From Mizuhopecten yessoensis (taxonomy: Eukaryota), in the NCBI RefSeq assembly GCF_002113885.1, contig NW_018405604.1, positions 68,830 to 132,829 on the forward strand: 64,000 bases of DNA, written 5' to 3'. This document shows positions 1 through 11,958 of the stretch, piece by piece; the first letter of the stretch is position 1; each line of letters begins with the position of its first letter. The notes under the pieces were generated by a model, which searched no databases, was not told the DNA's origin, and saw only the letters and a program-made list of their open reading frames with translations. The translations under genes and the position numbers were made by a program.

Positions 1-1500
1 GAAGATACAGTTGTATTGTAGCGTTGTCTGAAGTAGATTCAGTTGAATTGTAGCTTAGTCTGCAGTAGATACAGTTGTATTGTAGCGTTGTCTGAAGCAG
101 ATACAGTTGTATTGTAGCTTTGTCTGAAGCAGATACAATTGTATTGTAGCGTTGTCTGAAGTAGATACAGTTGCATTGTAGCTTTGTCTGAAGTAGATAC
201 AGTTGTAGTGTAGCTTTGTCTGAAGTAGATACAGTTGTATTGTAGCGTTGTCTGATGTAGATACAGTTGTATTGTAGTTTTGTCTACAATTGATACCACG
301 TTTTCTTGTAACATTGTCACCTGATGCATGTTAACATATATTCTTGTCTTCAGTTCTTATGAGTTGTATTGTAGCGTTGTCTGAAGTAGATGCAGTTGTA
401 TTGTAACGTTGTCTGAAGTAGATACGGTTGTATTGTAGCGTTGTCCGAAGAAGATACAGTTGTATTGTAGCGTTGTCTGAAGTAGATTCAGTTGTATTGT
501 AGCTTTGTCTGCAGTAGATACAGTTGTATTGTAGCGTTGTCTGAAGTAGATTCAGTTGTATTGTAGCTTTGTCTGCAGTAGATACAGTTGTATTGTAGCG
601 TTGTCTGAAGTAGATTCAGTTGAATTGTAGCTTAGTCTGCAGTAGATACAGTTGTATTGTAGCGTTGTCTGAAGGAGATACAGCTGTAATGTAGCGTTGT
701 CTGAAGTAGATACAGTTGCATTGTAGCTTTGTCTGAAGTAGATACCGTTGTATTGTAGCGTTGTCTGAAGTAGATACAGCTGTAATGTAGCGTTGTCTGA
801 AGTAGATACAGTTGTATTGTAACGTGGTCTGAAGTAGATACAGTTGTATTGTAGCGTTGTCTGAAGTAGATACATTTGTATTGTAGAGTTGTCTGAAGTA
901 GATACAGTTGCATTGTAGCTTTGTCTGAAGTAGATACAGTTGTATTGTAGCTTTGTCCGAAGGAGATACAGTTGTATTGTAGCTTTGTCTGAAGCAGAAA
1001 CAGTTGTATTGTAGCTTTGTTTGAAGCAGATACCGTTGTATTGTAGCGTTGTCTGAAGTAGATACAGATGTATTGTAGCGTTGTCTGAAGTAGATACAGT
1101 TGCATTGTAGCTTTGTCTGAAGTACATACAGTTGTATTGTAGCTTTGTCTGAAGTAGATCCAGTTGTATTGTAGCGTTGGCTGAAGTAGATACAGTTGTA
1201 ATGTAGCGTTGCCTGAAGTAGATACAGTTGTATTGTAGCGTTGGCTGAAGTTGATACGGTTGTAATGTAGCGTTGTCTGAAGTAGATACAGTTGTATTGT
1301 AGCTTTGTCTGAAGTAGATACAGTTGTATTGTAGCGTTGGCTGAAGTTGATACGGTTGTAATGTAGCGTTGTCTGAAGTAGATACAGTTGTAATGTAGCG
1401 TTGTCTGAAGTAGATACAGTTGTATTGTAGCGTTGTCTGAAGTAGATACAGATGTATTGTAGCGTTGTCTGAAGTAGATACAGTTGTATTGTAGTTTTGT
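1..1500. repeat. 32-bp minisatellite (gaagtagatacagttgtattgtagcgttgtct)n, intronic
   Basis: Unit repeats about 45 times and is interrupted at ~283-360 by a copy of the unique flank also found at 1501-1577. ORFs 39-329, 552-1127 and 632-1546 are translations of this repeat. Confidence 0.95.
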
Positions 1501-1615
1501 CTACAATTGATACCACGTTTTCTTGTAACATTGTCACCTGATGCATGTTAACATATATTCTTGTCTTCAGTTCTTATGTACGGTACTATTTACATTGTGT
1601 TGTCTTTCCATTTAG

Positions 1616-4600
1616 GATGTATCCGATAACAATCTACAGTCTCACGGTGCACAGGCCCTCAGTAACATGCTGCTACATAATGACAGCATCTTGTCTCTCA
1701 AGGCCTCAGGTAGGTGTATATTGTTGGGACATTCTGTCCATCAAAGTTCATGAAGGCCCCAGGTACGTGGCAACCTTCGGGATAGTCTGTCATTAAAGTT
1801 TATCTAGGGTAATGCAATTGGTCTATGGCCTGTTTATCGTGTTCCTTGGATCTCTTGAAACCCTAATTGTGTGAGGGGTAATAAAGTCGGCCAATGACAT
1901 TATTACGTATATGTTTATAACGCGGATCTGCTGTCCCTTAAATCATATAAAATGAGGGGGATTCAGTAGGCCAACGACATGGTTAGACAAGTGTCTACAA
2001 GGGGTATGCTGTCCCTCAAGTCTTAAAGAATGAAGGGAACTACAGTTGACCAATCAACATGATCAGATAAGTGTCTACCGGGGGGGGGGGGGGGGGGGGG
2101 GGTGGTCTGATATCCCTAAATAATTTAGATATGTGGGGTGCTATTACAAGCGGCTTATTACAAGTGTCTACCAGGGGAATCTGTTGTCCCTCTAGTCTGT
2201 ATGTTAGAGGGGTACTTCAGTCGGTCATAGATAGGATACATCAGCTCTGTTTGTAAATGGATCAAAAGCTTTACTCCGACAGCAAAACATTCAAATACAA
2301 AAACCACGTATTTCTCCATTTTTGCGTTTCATTTTGTCTTATCTGTAATCGATATATTTTCAATGCACGCTCTATCCACCGTAGACTGGGGATAACATTT
2401 GATTCGAACTTGGTTTAAAGGATAGTCGTCTCAAAGAGAACAAACGTAATTTAATCATAAAAAACTCTTTGATTATGTGGGCTTTATCAAGAAGATGAAA
2501 CAATGACAGATATGTCGATATTGGCAATTCAGATCATTGTAGACTGCTGTTGATATACCCTATGTCTGACAAATACCTTTTCTGTTCTCGACAGGTAACC
2601 AGTTTAACCGAAATGACGCGCTCCTATTCGCGCAGGCTATCCAGTTTGACGTAAGTAGATACAGTACATGTGTACTGTTAGAATCTCTTTTTCACCACTA
2701 TATATGACTGGTTAACATATTTATTACAAGCCTGTGTGATTAGAATAGTAATGAAAAATGTGTCATCTGATGAAGGTAAAGAGGATGAATTTAGTTGTTC
2801 CCTCTTGCCGATACATACGGTTAAATCAATAAATTGAAAATGTTGGATAAAATATGCACTTAAATCTTCACTGAAAAAAGATTTGATATGAAGCATCTTC
2901 ATGTTCATTCTCTGTTTTAGTATGGTCAGCGTCATTAGTAAATTACAATGTACACAGTCTATACTTATCAGCTGGTTATACGTTACTACAATGTATACAG
3001 TCTATACTTATCAGCTGTATTTACCTTACTACAGTGTATACAGTCTATACTTATCTGCTGTATTTACCTTACTACAATGTATACAGTCTATACTTATCTG
3101 CTGTATTTACCTTACTACAGTGTATACAGTCTATACTTATCAGCTGTATTTACCTAACTACAGTGTATACAGTCTATACTTAACAGCTGTATTTACGTTA
3201 CTACAATGTATACAGTCTATACTTATCAGCTGTATTTACCTTACTACAATGGCATTTTATGGTTTCTTCGCGCCAGTTTGTTAATCAGTCCATCATTGTC
3301 AGTCATGTCAACTACATTAGATAAATCATTCTAGCACTAATTTGAAACATTTACAATTTGTGTTTTGTTGCAGCGGTTTTCCTTACGTGTGTTGGATCTA
3401 AGCCATAACAACCTAGAGACGGAAGGAGGACAGCATCTAGGACCAGCAATTGGTAAGTGGTTGCTCTCTATAATACTTATCTCCCTTTCCAAAGAGTTAA
3501 GCACTAATGACATTGTCTAAAACGTCTGGTGTCAAACCGTTACAGATATTTTCCGTCTTTGCATATTGCAGAGTTATCTGCTCTTGTGAGCAGGTACTGA
3601 TTGTTACGTCATTTGGTTGTGAGAGTAACTCATCAATTTTTGAGAAAACGACGCAATTTTCTCACACAAATCAATGACGTAACACCAATACCTGCTCATA
3701 AGAGAAGATAACTCTGCAATACGCAAAGACGGAATTGTGAAGCACTATTTAATTAGAAATATAATTAAATAGCATTTTGGGCCTTCGTAATCAATTGATG
3801 GTATATTAGAAAAGTACACAAGAGTGTAATGTTATCAACGAGAGGTTGATTCTGAATAATGGGATAATTCACATTAAAGTTCGTAAAGGAGATAACTCTA
3901 TCACTGATCGATGTTATGATATATGGTATAACACAACAATAAAATCGAAGCTCCGACAGACCTGTCGGTTTCGGGAGATCGAAACACGATTAATTATTTG
4001 ATCACATAACAACAGTTCCCCTTTTAGCTAAAACTATTATTTCCTGTCAGTTGGCATACCTGTCAATTGTTATTACCTTTCTGATGCTATTTTCGATTCT
4101 AAAATTACCCCGGTGGGAGTGCGGGAGACAATCATGTCTGCAGGATTAATTTGTGTAGCAGTCCTGGTGGCTTGTGATTTCTCTGAAAGATATCGATGTA
4201 ACAATTTCCTGAGAACACGAAAACGCACTGATGCGTCTACATTTATTTTTGATTGATAGCCACAGAACTTCCATTAAAACAGCAGTACTTTATGTTGCTA
4301 TTGCGGCTTCCCCTGATTCACTTTATTATAATCAGCTTTCCTAGGAAAATGTCACTAACTTTCAACATAAATACTTGTTATTCCATTTTTGTATGTCTGC
4401 CGAAGATAAAATAGGATTGGACAGACTAGCCATTGAAACAGTTAATTGTTTATTGATTACTTCATCTAAGGATATGGCGTATCAAACGTTGCAATATGTT
4501 CATAGTCTTTTAGTGATTTATTTTATAAAACTTGCTTTTCATATTTAATAACATTTTGTATATTCTAAATCTTGTATTTTATTATAAAATTTATTATCTC

Positions 4601-7600
4601 TAATCAAAAGATATTCATATTCATATTCACGGATTTTCTTTATTCGAAATCTTGAAATTTTAATTTCTTATCAAAGAATCAGCAATTACCCATGATGCAA
4701 ATTATATTGAATTTACATTACAAGATTTAGAATATGAAATACTCAATTTTACAACAATTTTTTTTTATTCAAAATCAAAGAATCAGCAATTACGTCAGAT
4801 TACCCATTATATAAATTATATTGATTTACATTACAAGATTTCGAATTTGAAACATATAATTTTACAAAAATAAAGTCACGAAACTTATCAATGATAAATT
4901 ATTACAGGTACTAGAAATACGAAATAAGGAAACACCTACATGTATAGGAATAGTAAGTTTGTCGCTGTAGAAAGCCCAACATAGTAAACGTTTTACAGCA
5001 CTATATGGCTACTAAGTATTTCGTCCCTTTATGCATTATCAGTGGTACTAAAGCTCAAATGAACGCAAGTTAATGGCAATGTGAAATACAGCGAAAGAGT
5101 AGATGCCTATAAAACCCCTTATAACGTTTAAAAATACAATTTCTGGCAGCAACATATAGATGCTACATATCAAATTGTTCTTCAATGATGATTTAAATGC
5201 ATATTTTATCCAACATTTTCAATTTTTGCATTACTATTCTAAAGACTGGCTTGTAATCCCTGTCAAAAAACATTTCAACCCAAAATCATGATTTGTTCAA
5301 ATATTACAACTTTTTAATTGCCTATACTGTTAGCACATGTGGTGGTAAATTGTGCCTTGTAATTTTTCAGTTGTCATATGTCGGTTATTTATAAGGGGAA
5401 AAGATCGTTTGATACAGTTTCCTTAATCTTAACTGTATTATGCCTGACATAAAGAACAGGACCGAAAGCGGAAACGTGCGTTGAACTGTAGACTTCTCTG
5501 TCTTAATAAGTCAAGAATAATCAATATTACGTTGAGAGGGCGTTTGGGAATATGATAATAAAAAAAATGAATATCAATGTTATCTCACAAATCAAGCAAG
5601 TCTATCGATTATGTCAGCTATACTCAAGCATCAATCGCTACATACCTACATGTATCTCGTTCTAGCTGCAAACGACACGATAGAGATCCTTGACATCAGC
5701 TGGAACCACCTTGCTTACGACGGGATCAAGGCCGTGGCGGAAGGGCTCAAGGTCAGCTCTGTTTTGTCTTCTGATGCTAAAACCTTCAAAACACTACCAA
5801 TGTTTGTGCAAGTTTAAACCGTTCAAAGAGCGATCGAGGAAAGCAATGATTTAGTTAGGTTTTATAGAGGTTCACATCCTTTCAACAGCTTAGGTCAGAA
5901 ATGATTTTACAGACATTCAATACGTACGAAACAATATGTCATAATAAAAAATTACATTAAAATAATATAAAAGCATTAGTCTTATAATTATCTTACATAT
6001 CGGTTGCAATTTTAAAAACAATCGTCTGTCAGCAGACTCTTTTAGATGAATGCAATGGTAACCTGGGTTTTAAACTTAATATGATACAGGAGAATACTAG
6101 CATCAAAACCCTTAACGTATCATGGAATGGTATTGGCGACGAGGGCGCCGTCTGTTTGGTACAAGCTGCAACCATCAACGAAACGCTCGAAGTCTTGCAA
6201 ATGGACGCCAATCGGATAGGGCCCATCGGTCTGGCCAACCTTCTTAAACAAACGGCGAGCAACAAAGCCTTGCTCGAACTTAAGGTAAGGGCAAAAACGC
6301 ATACCACCATGGTAACAGAAGGGTCCACTATTTATGTTGTGAGCTTTATAAAATCGAAATCAATTTAAGCAATAAAGCAAGGTAAAAGGTCTCATCCCAG
6401 AAAAGGTTTTCGAAAGTATCAATGTTTTGGCTTATAGTCATGTTCAGTTAATTTGTTAGAGGGGTCGTGATATGTTGGAGCATGCTACAGTTGTAACGTG
6501 ATATGGTTCTTTCATTTTTTCCTTTAAAATACGTGTATGCTTAGTTAAATAGAAAAATAAACAACTGACTGTCACCATGTATACAAGGAATGCAAGGAGT
6601 ATTTCAGCTACAAATGGTGTTGAGTTTGACAAGGCGAATGAGGTCTATAAAAATACCACAGTTATCCTTTGTATTTAACATTTAAACATTTGTTACAGAT
6701 GAGTAAGAACCCAATCACAACCCTAGGGCCAGAAAGTGCCCTGCACGTCATCAACGCCCATCCGGAGATGGGTCTGCAGCTACTAGAGATACAGGTGTGT
6801 CTCGCAGAATCTGTTTCTATAGCACATAGTGTAGTTTGGTTAGGGTAAAATTAGGGTGTCAATGATTACAACTTATGATAGTCCTCTCCATAATACAACA
6901 CGCTATATACATAATGCATGCTTTGATGAGATAACAATTGTAGGTAGATATAGGCTAGTTTATATATCTACAAATATCGAATGACAGGCTCATTGTTTAT
7001 TATGTGATCGCAGTGATATTAAATGATTTCCAGGTTATAGAAGTATTCTTTTCGTTCAAAATCAAGTTTAGTTTTCAGTTCAGGGTCTAATCTCGCCGCT
7101 CTTGATAAAAATGTACCTGTGTATGGTATGAAACAATTTTTTTCTGTATTATCAGTTAACATATAGGGTTAATTTCCTGATCTATTTTTCTGTTTGTTAA
7201 TTCCTAGGACTCTTGGCTGACTAGTGAAGCTTGTAGACTTGTATATGAAATTCAGGAATTGAAACCTAAGTTTAAAGTTGTGCATGGCGGCTTCACGAAC
7301 GCTCACGACCTTATTAAGGCATCTATAAAGAAGCGGGAAGAAAACTGTATGAACGACCCTTTCTTGTTCCTCATCAACTACGTCAATGACAATAGACTCC
7401 GCTGGATGGACCTCTTCAACAGGCTCGACACGGACAAGAACTTTTCCATAAGCTTTGAGGAGTTCCGTAACGGCATGAAAGTAGGTACAACGGGTATGCG
7501 GCATGGATGAAAGATTTGTATTTAAGGCTTTAATATGAGATGTAGAAGGGTCCAGAAAAAAATCTTAATTCTATTAAATCCAGACAATTACGTTTCAAGT

Positions 7601-10600
7601 TGATAACCTAGTCATCTTATACCCCCACCCTTCGTAGAAGATAATCCAGTGATCTTCGTCCCTAGAAGATTTTTCAATCCAGTCATCTTCGTCCCTAGAA
7701 GATAATCCAGCCATCTATGTCCCTAGAAGATAATCCAGTCATCTTCGTCCCTAGAAGATAATCCAGTCATCTTCGTCCCTAGAAGATAAGCCAGTCATCT
7801 TCATCCCTAGAAGATAATCCAGTCATCTTTATCCCTAGAAAATAATCCAGTCATCTTCATCCCTAGAAGATAATCCAGCCATCTTCGTCCCTAGACGATA
7901 ATCCAATCATCTTCGTCCATAGAAGATATATTCGTGCACAGGAGATAAACCAGCCACCTTCGTTACCAGTAGATATTTCATTCTCAGTATTATACCTAAT
8001 ACCTTCTTTCTCAGTAGGTATTCATACTGTCTTCGTTTTGTTTAGATCATCCAATCACATTGGCTCTAAGTAAATAATACATCTGTCTTCTTTTATCTAC
8101 AGCAACAAGGTTAGCAATGACTGTACTAATGAGAGTTCAATTAACTGGATACATCAGAATTGATACTTAAATTGTGATATTTTTCAGGCCAACAGCATAC
8201 CTATATCAGACAAGGACGTAGGAATTCTTATGGAACGTTTGGATGAAGACCACGATGGAACAATCGACTTTGGGTAAATGTTTGTAAACATGTGTATCAA
8301 ACAAATGTTAATACAATACGAGAATTACAAGGCAAATATTTGTATACAAGCTACCTGGCGTTTGTCATAACAAATTTGGTGTAGCTCATATCAAATATAC
8401 GGAAGAACTACGTTCCAATGGGTTTTTTTTTTGTCTTGCGACACGAAATTTTGAAACCATTACAAGAAAATGCATTTCTTGTTGTTTCTGCTTTACCGTT
8501 GATATCATTAGGCATTATATTTTAGTACTGACCGTTTTGTACGCAAGCCCTGACAGATCAGCAGAGATGGTTATTCTATAACTTTGATGATCAGCTGACA
8601 GCTTCTTTCCACAACCTGCATACACAGCCAGATACTCTCTTCGTCGGCTTTAACTATTATTACCTGTGCTTTTCCAATGTCCTCCATCAGGATTTGTTTG
8701 GAATCCGCAGAACCCTACGACTCTTTTATACAAAATAAATATATCGTACGTCTCCGACTTCCTCTAGTAAATGGTAAAACGTACGAATGAAGTCTTTTGA
8801 TTTCCTTCAGTAGTGAAAACGTTAACGTGTATGTGTTAATTGATGAAAACAAGTTATCTGGCCGTATTCTATTCTTAACCATTTCTGAAATTCAGCCTTT
8901 TTCTTTTATCCATTTTCAACAAACACTTGGAGTTTTCCGACTTTCACTGTCCTCTAAATGGTTCAAAACATGATGCATTCCAGGCCTCTTTGTTTCTCGC
9001 ATTGGTGCCTTGAGGCTTTGGATCTCGGTCGATCTCACCACTATCTGATCAGATCCGTATCTAGTTCCCGACTTAACATCGCTTATTTAATTTTTCCAGT
9101 CTATTCTTCGCTCTGTCTGATTTCCGCTTTCTGTGTGATGTTCATCTGTCAAATAGTTAGTATTTCTTCTTGTATAGATGCAGTATCCGGGAATATTTAA
9201 GTTCCGAAAGATATCATGATTATCGACAAAGTTAGTAAACCAACTCTGATAATTTGAAATAATGTCTGAATGCTGATCCAATCTGATTAAAATCATCTGT
9301 TACACGGCTCCGCCTGAACATCTGAATGTGCCGCGGTCAGGGTCACGTTCAAGTGACCTTTAGATAAACCAATCAGAGGCGCGCTGGCAAAAGTTTGCCA
9401 GCGAATCGGAATATCATGGTTGATATATAAATAGCGAGGGGTATCGAACAGATTAGTTTTCCAAAACAAATATGGCGGCGCGAACTGACGTTTCTACGAC
9501 GCAAAGGAAAACGTACCCATTGGGTAATAATTGCGTAGGCAACACCGCCATACAGTCTTTCTTCTCTAATAAAGCTTCGAAAATCTTTTTCTGTTCGGGT
9601 TTCAGACGATCAATCTCAAATAACTTTCGCATTATTCTCATCAATGTCCGCCATATTTATTACGACTCCGAGCGCCCTTTTGAAAGAGGGTCTCTGATTG
9701 GTCAAAATTTAATGATTATTTATAAATATAAAGGTCACCTGAATGTGACCCTGACCGCGGCACACTCAGATGTTCCGGCGTAGTACGAAGTTAACGAAGC
9801 CATGTAAAATATGATTTTAATCAGATCTCGAATACTTTGTTAATCTCAATGCGTTCTCAATGTCCAAACGACACTTCGGGATGAATTTTTTTGTTTTACA
9901 TTGGTTAGGTCATATGTCTATAAAATAATGACCTAGACTAGCAGTGATGACTCTATTATCGTCAGTGTTTGTTGACTATTACTCGTTGAAACTACAGCTT
10001 TTAACCTTGTGCTGTGTAAAGTTCGGCCAACTGTCTCGCTCAATGACTGTCAATGCCAAAAGCAGTCTAATTTTCCCGCTCAGTTGACATACTGAATGTT
10101 GACGTCTTGTTTGCTTCCCTCTTAATCCAGCGAACTGCTTGAAGGTCAAAAGAAGTACTTGAAAAGGTTTGAGAAGGTGATGGGAGTGACCCCTACTTTG
10201 TCAACATCTACACCTTCAACCAGACAGAATTCCAGGCCGTCGTCAAGACAACAGTCACGTCCATCGTCAAGGCAAAAGTCACGGCCGTCGTCAAGGCAAC
10301 AGTCGAGACCAACATCAAGGTAGGGAACTTCTACTAGGTAGTATCAATTTAAACTTCATATGTATGGGTAGTACGTTTTATTTTTTATTCTGAATGACAT
10401 TCTATTTTACTATATATATAGTACTTTACATACTCTTAATATATACATCGACAGAAACAGTATTCATGATGTAAGCTGCTTGGACCGTTACTAAAGGAAA
10501 ACACATATAACGTATGACGGGTAATTTGTTTGTTTCCACGATTAACTTGTTTGTTTTCTATTTAGGTTGATATGTAAGTATACTGGTGTCTGTTGCACTG

Positions 10601-11681
10601 TAGTGAAGGTTGTTCAGTAGTGGTTGCCATGTATAGATATTTTTAAACAGAAAACAACTGCTTACAGTTAAAGTTTAGGTGCAAGTTCACTAATTCACAT
10701 ACTGTAGCAATACTAAACCACCAATAATATTTTCGATTGAATATCAATAGAGATTACATCTTGGTTATTGGTATACCTTCTGATATTATGTTTTACTGTT
10801 TTAGCAGGCATTTATTCCTGCCATAAAATGCTGCATCTTACATAAGTGTTTCTATTAGCTACTTTATAAAATCTGAATGGGAACGGAATATGCACATATT
10901 CTCACCTTGCCTTTACTGTTTGTGAAGTTTTGGCAATTAAAATTAAATCAAGACGTCAATCTTTTTATTTCTCAATTCAAAATTTGACAATGCTTCTTTG
11001 ATTAGAATACAGTAAACCAACAGTCTTACAAACTGTCGTAAATGGGTTATTAGAATAAATCAGGAGGGCGGGAGGATTCTATCAAACAGGAACATTGAAC
11101 ATTTTAGAACTGATGGCAATAAATTGGGTTTCAAATGAAACGATTGATGCTATAATGACGTTCAAAACTTCTTTTGTGTATAGTTTGGTACGAATGAAAG
11201 TGTTATCTCAAGAACAATGGCTGATATTATCTACCCTGGACAGAACTATATAAGAGAGACTATAAAAAAGGCATGAATTACAAACAACAAAGCTATCATA
11301 CATAACCATGTAATGGGTGTTTTACTTAAATAAGCTCCTGAACATACATATCGCTGATTTCATTAGAGTTATCAATTATATATCAAACATGTTTTTATGC
11401 TAAAATACAGGTTCTTATAATATCTGTTTTAAAGCCTATGCTCAATGTAAAATTATATTATTATAGCTCTACTATATAAAACCCTGACATTTTAATGGCG
11501 CGGCGCGCAGATTACAAAGTTTCGGAGTTCTTACCTCGATTCTATGTCTTATTGATCGTGTTTATGTTTTGATAGAACTGACCGGTCCGCCGCCCTAGCT
11601 AGCCAGCAGAAATCAAAGTCGGACATGGAAAGCTACACACGGACGATCCAGTCAGCTCCAGGACTTTCTGTCATATCTTGA
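1616..11681 (+). CDS. LRRC74A/B-like protein (RI-type leucine-rich repeats + C-terminal EF-hand pair), 5' end outside window
   Basis: Phase-compatible GT-AG exons: 1616-1709 (DVSDNNLQSHGAQALSNML), 2595-2650, 3374-3452 (LRVLDLSHNNLETEGG), 5666-5751 (IEILDISWNHL), 6090-6284 (IKTLNVSWNGIGDEGA), 6699-6794, 7208-7480 (LRWMDLFNRLDTDKNFSISFEEF, EF-hand), 8188-8273 (LDEDHDGTIDFG, EF-hand), 10131-10319, 11576-11681 (stop TGA). Confidence 0.85.
2948..3250. repeat. 43-bp minisatellite, ~7 copies
   Basis: Unit tacagtctatacttatcagctgtatttaccttactacaatgta recurs every 43 bp (2996, 3039, ...). Confidence 0.92.
3552..3733. mobile_element. Palindromic MITE (~182 bp), copy 1
   Basis: Long TIRs tccgtctttgc(a/g)tattgcagagttatc... 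/ ...gataactctgcaatacgcaaagacgga. A close second copy lies at 11775-11958. Confidence 0.85.
7640..7930. repeat. 28-bp minisatellite, ~10 copies
   Basis: Unit ccctagaagataatccagtcatcttcgt. Confidence 0.92.
9281..9826 (-). mobile_element. Non-autonomous TIR element carrying a RecQ-like helicase N-terminal fragment (AcademH-like deletion derivative)
   Basis: TIRs of ~80-100 bp (atctgattaaaatcat...gaacatctga(a/g)tgtgccgcggtcagggtcac...gtgaccttt) at both ends. Internal minus-strand peptide RKLFEIDRLKPEQKKIFEALLEKKDCMAVLPT resembles the RecQ Q-motif leading into motif I. No TSD recognised. Confidence 0.6.
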
Positions 11682-11774
11682 CCGACCTTAATTCAGTGCT
11701 TTCACGTCACACAGTGTGAGCGTTTATAAATTGTGTGTGTGACTTTTGACACAATAATAAATTGTGCCCATTCA

Positions 11775-11958
11775 TCCGTCTTTGCGTATTGCAGAGTTAT
11801 CTTCTCTTGTGAGGAGGTATTGATTGTCACGTCATTGGTTTGTGAGAGTAACGTCATCAATTTTTGAGAAAACGACTTAATTTTCTCACACAAACCATTG
11901 ACGTAACAATCAATACCTGCTCACAAGAGAAGATAACTCTGCAATACGCAAAGACGGA
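11775..11958. mobile_element. Palindromic MITE (~184 bp), copy 2, in the probable 3' UTR of the LRRC74-like gene
   Basis: Same TIRs and core as 3552-3733. Confidence 0.85.

Noticed and set aside
1-1546. Long repetitive ORFs (up to 304 aa) on the minus strand
   Set aside because: Translations of a 32-bp minisatellite in several frames; no evidence of coding.
2079-2102. Poly-G run / poly-Gly ORF or G-quadruplex
   Set aside because: Intronic homopolymer, possibly a sequencing artefact; no supporting context.
8560-9280. Coding-like minus-strand stretch (ORF 9087-9296)
   Set aside because: Multiple stops and no motif I can assign confidently; may be an old TE or pseudogene fragment and needs BLASTX.
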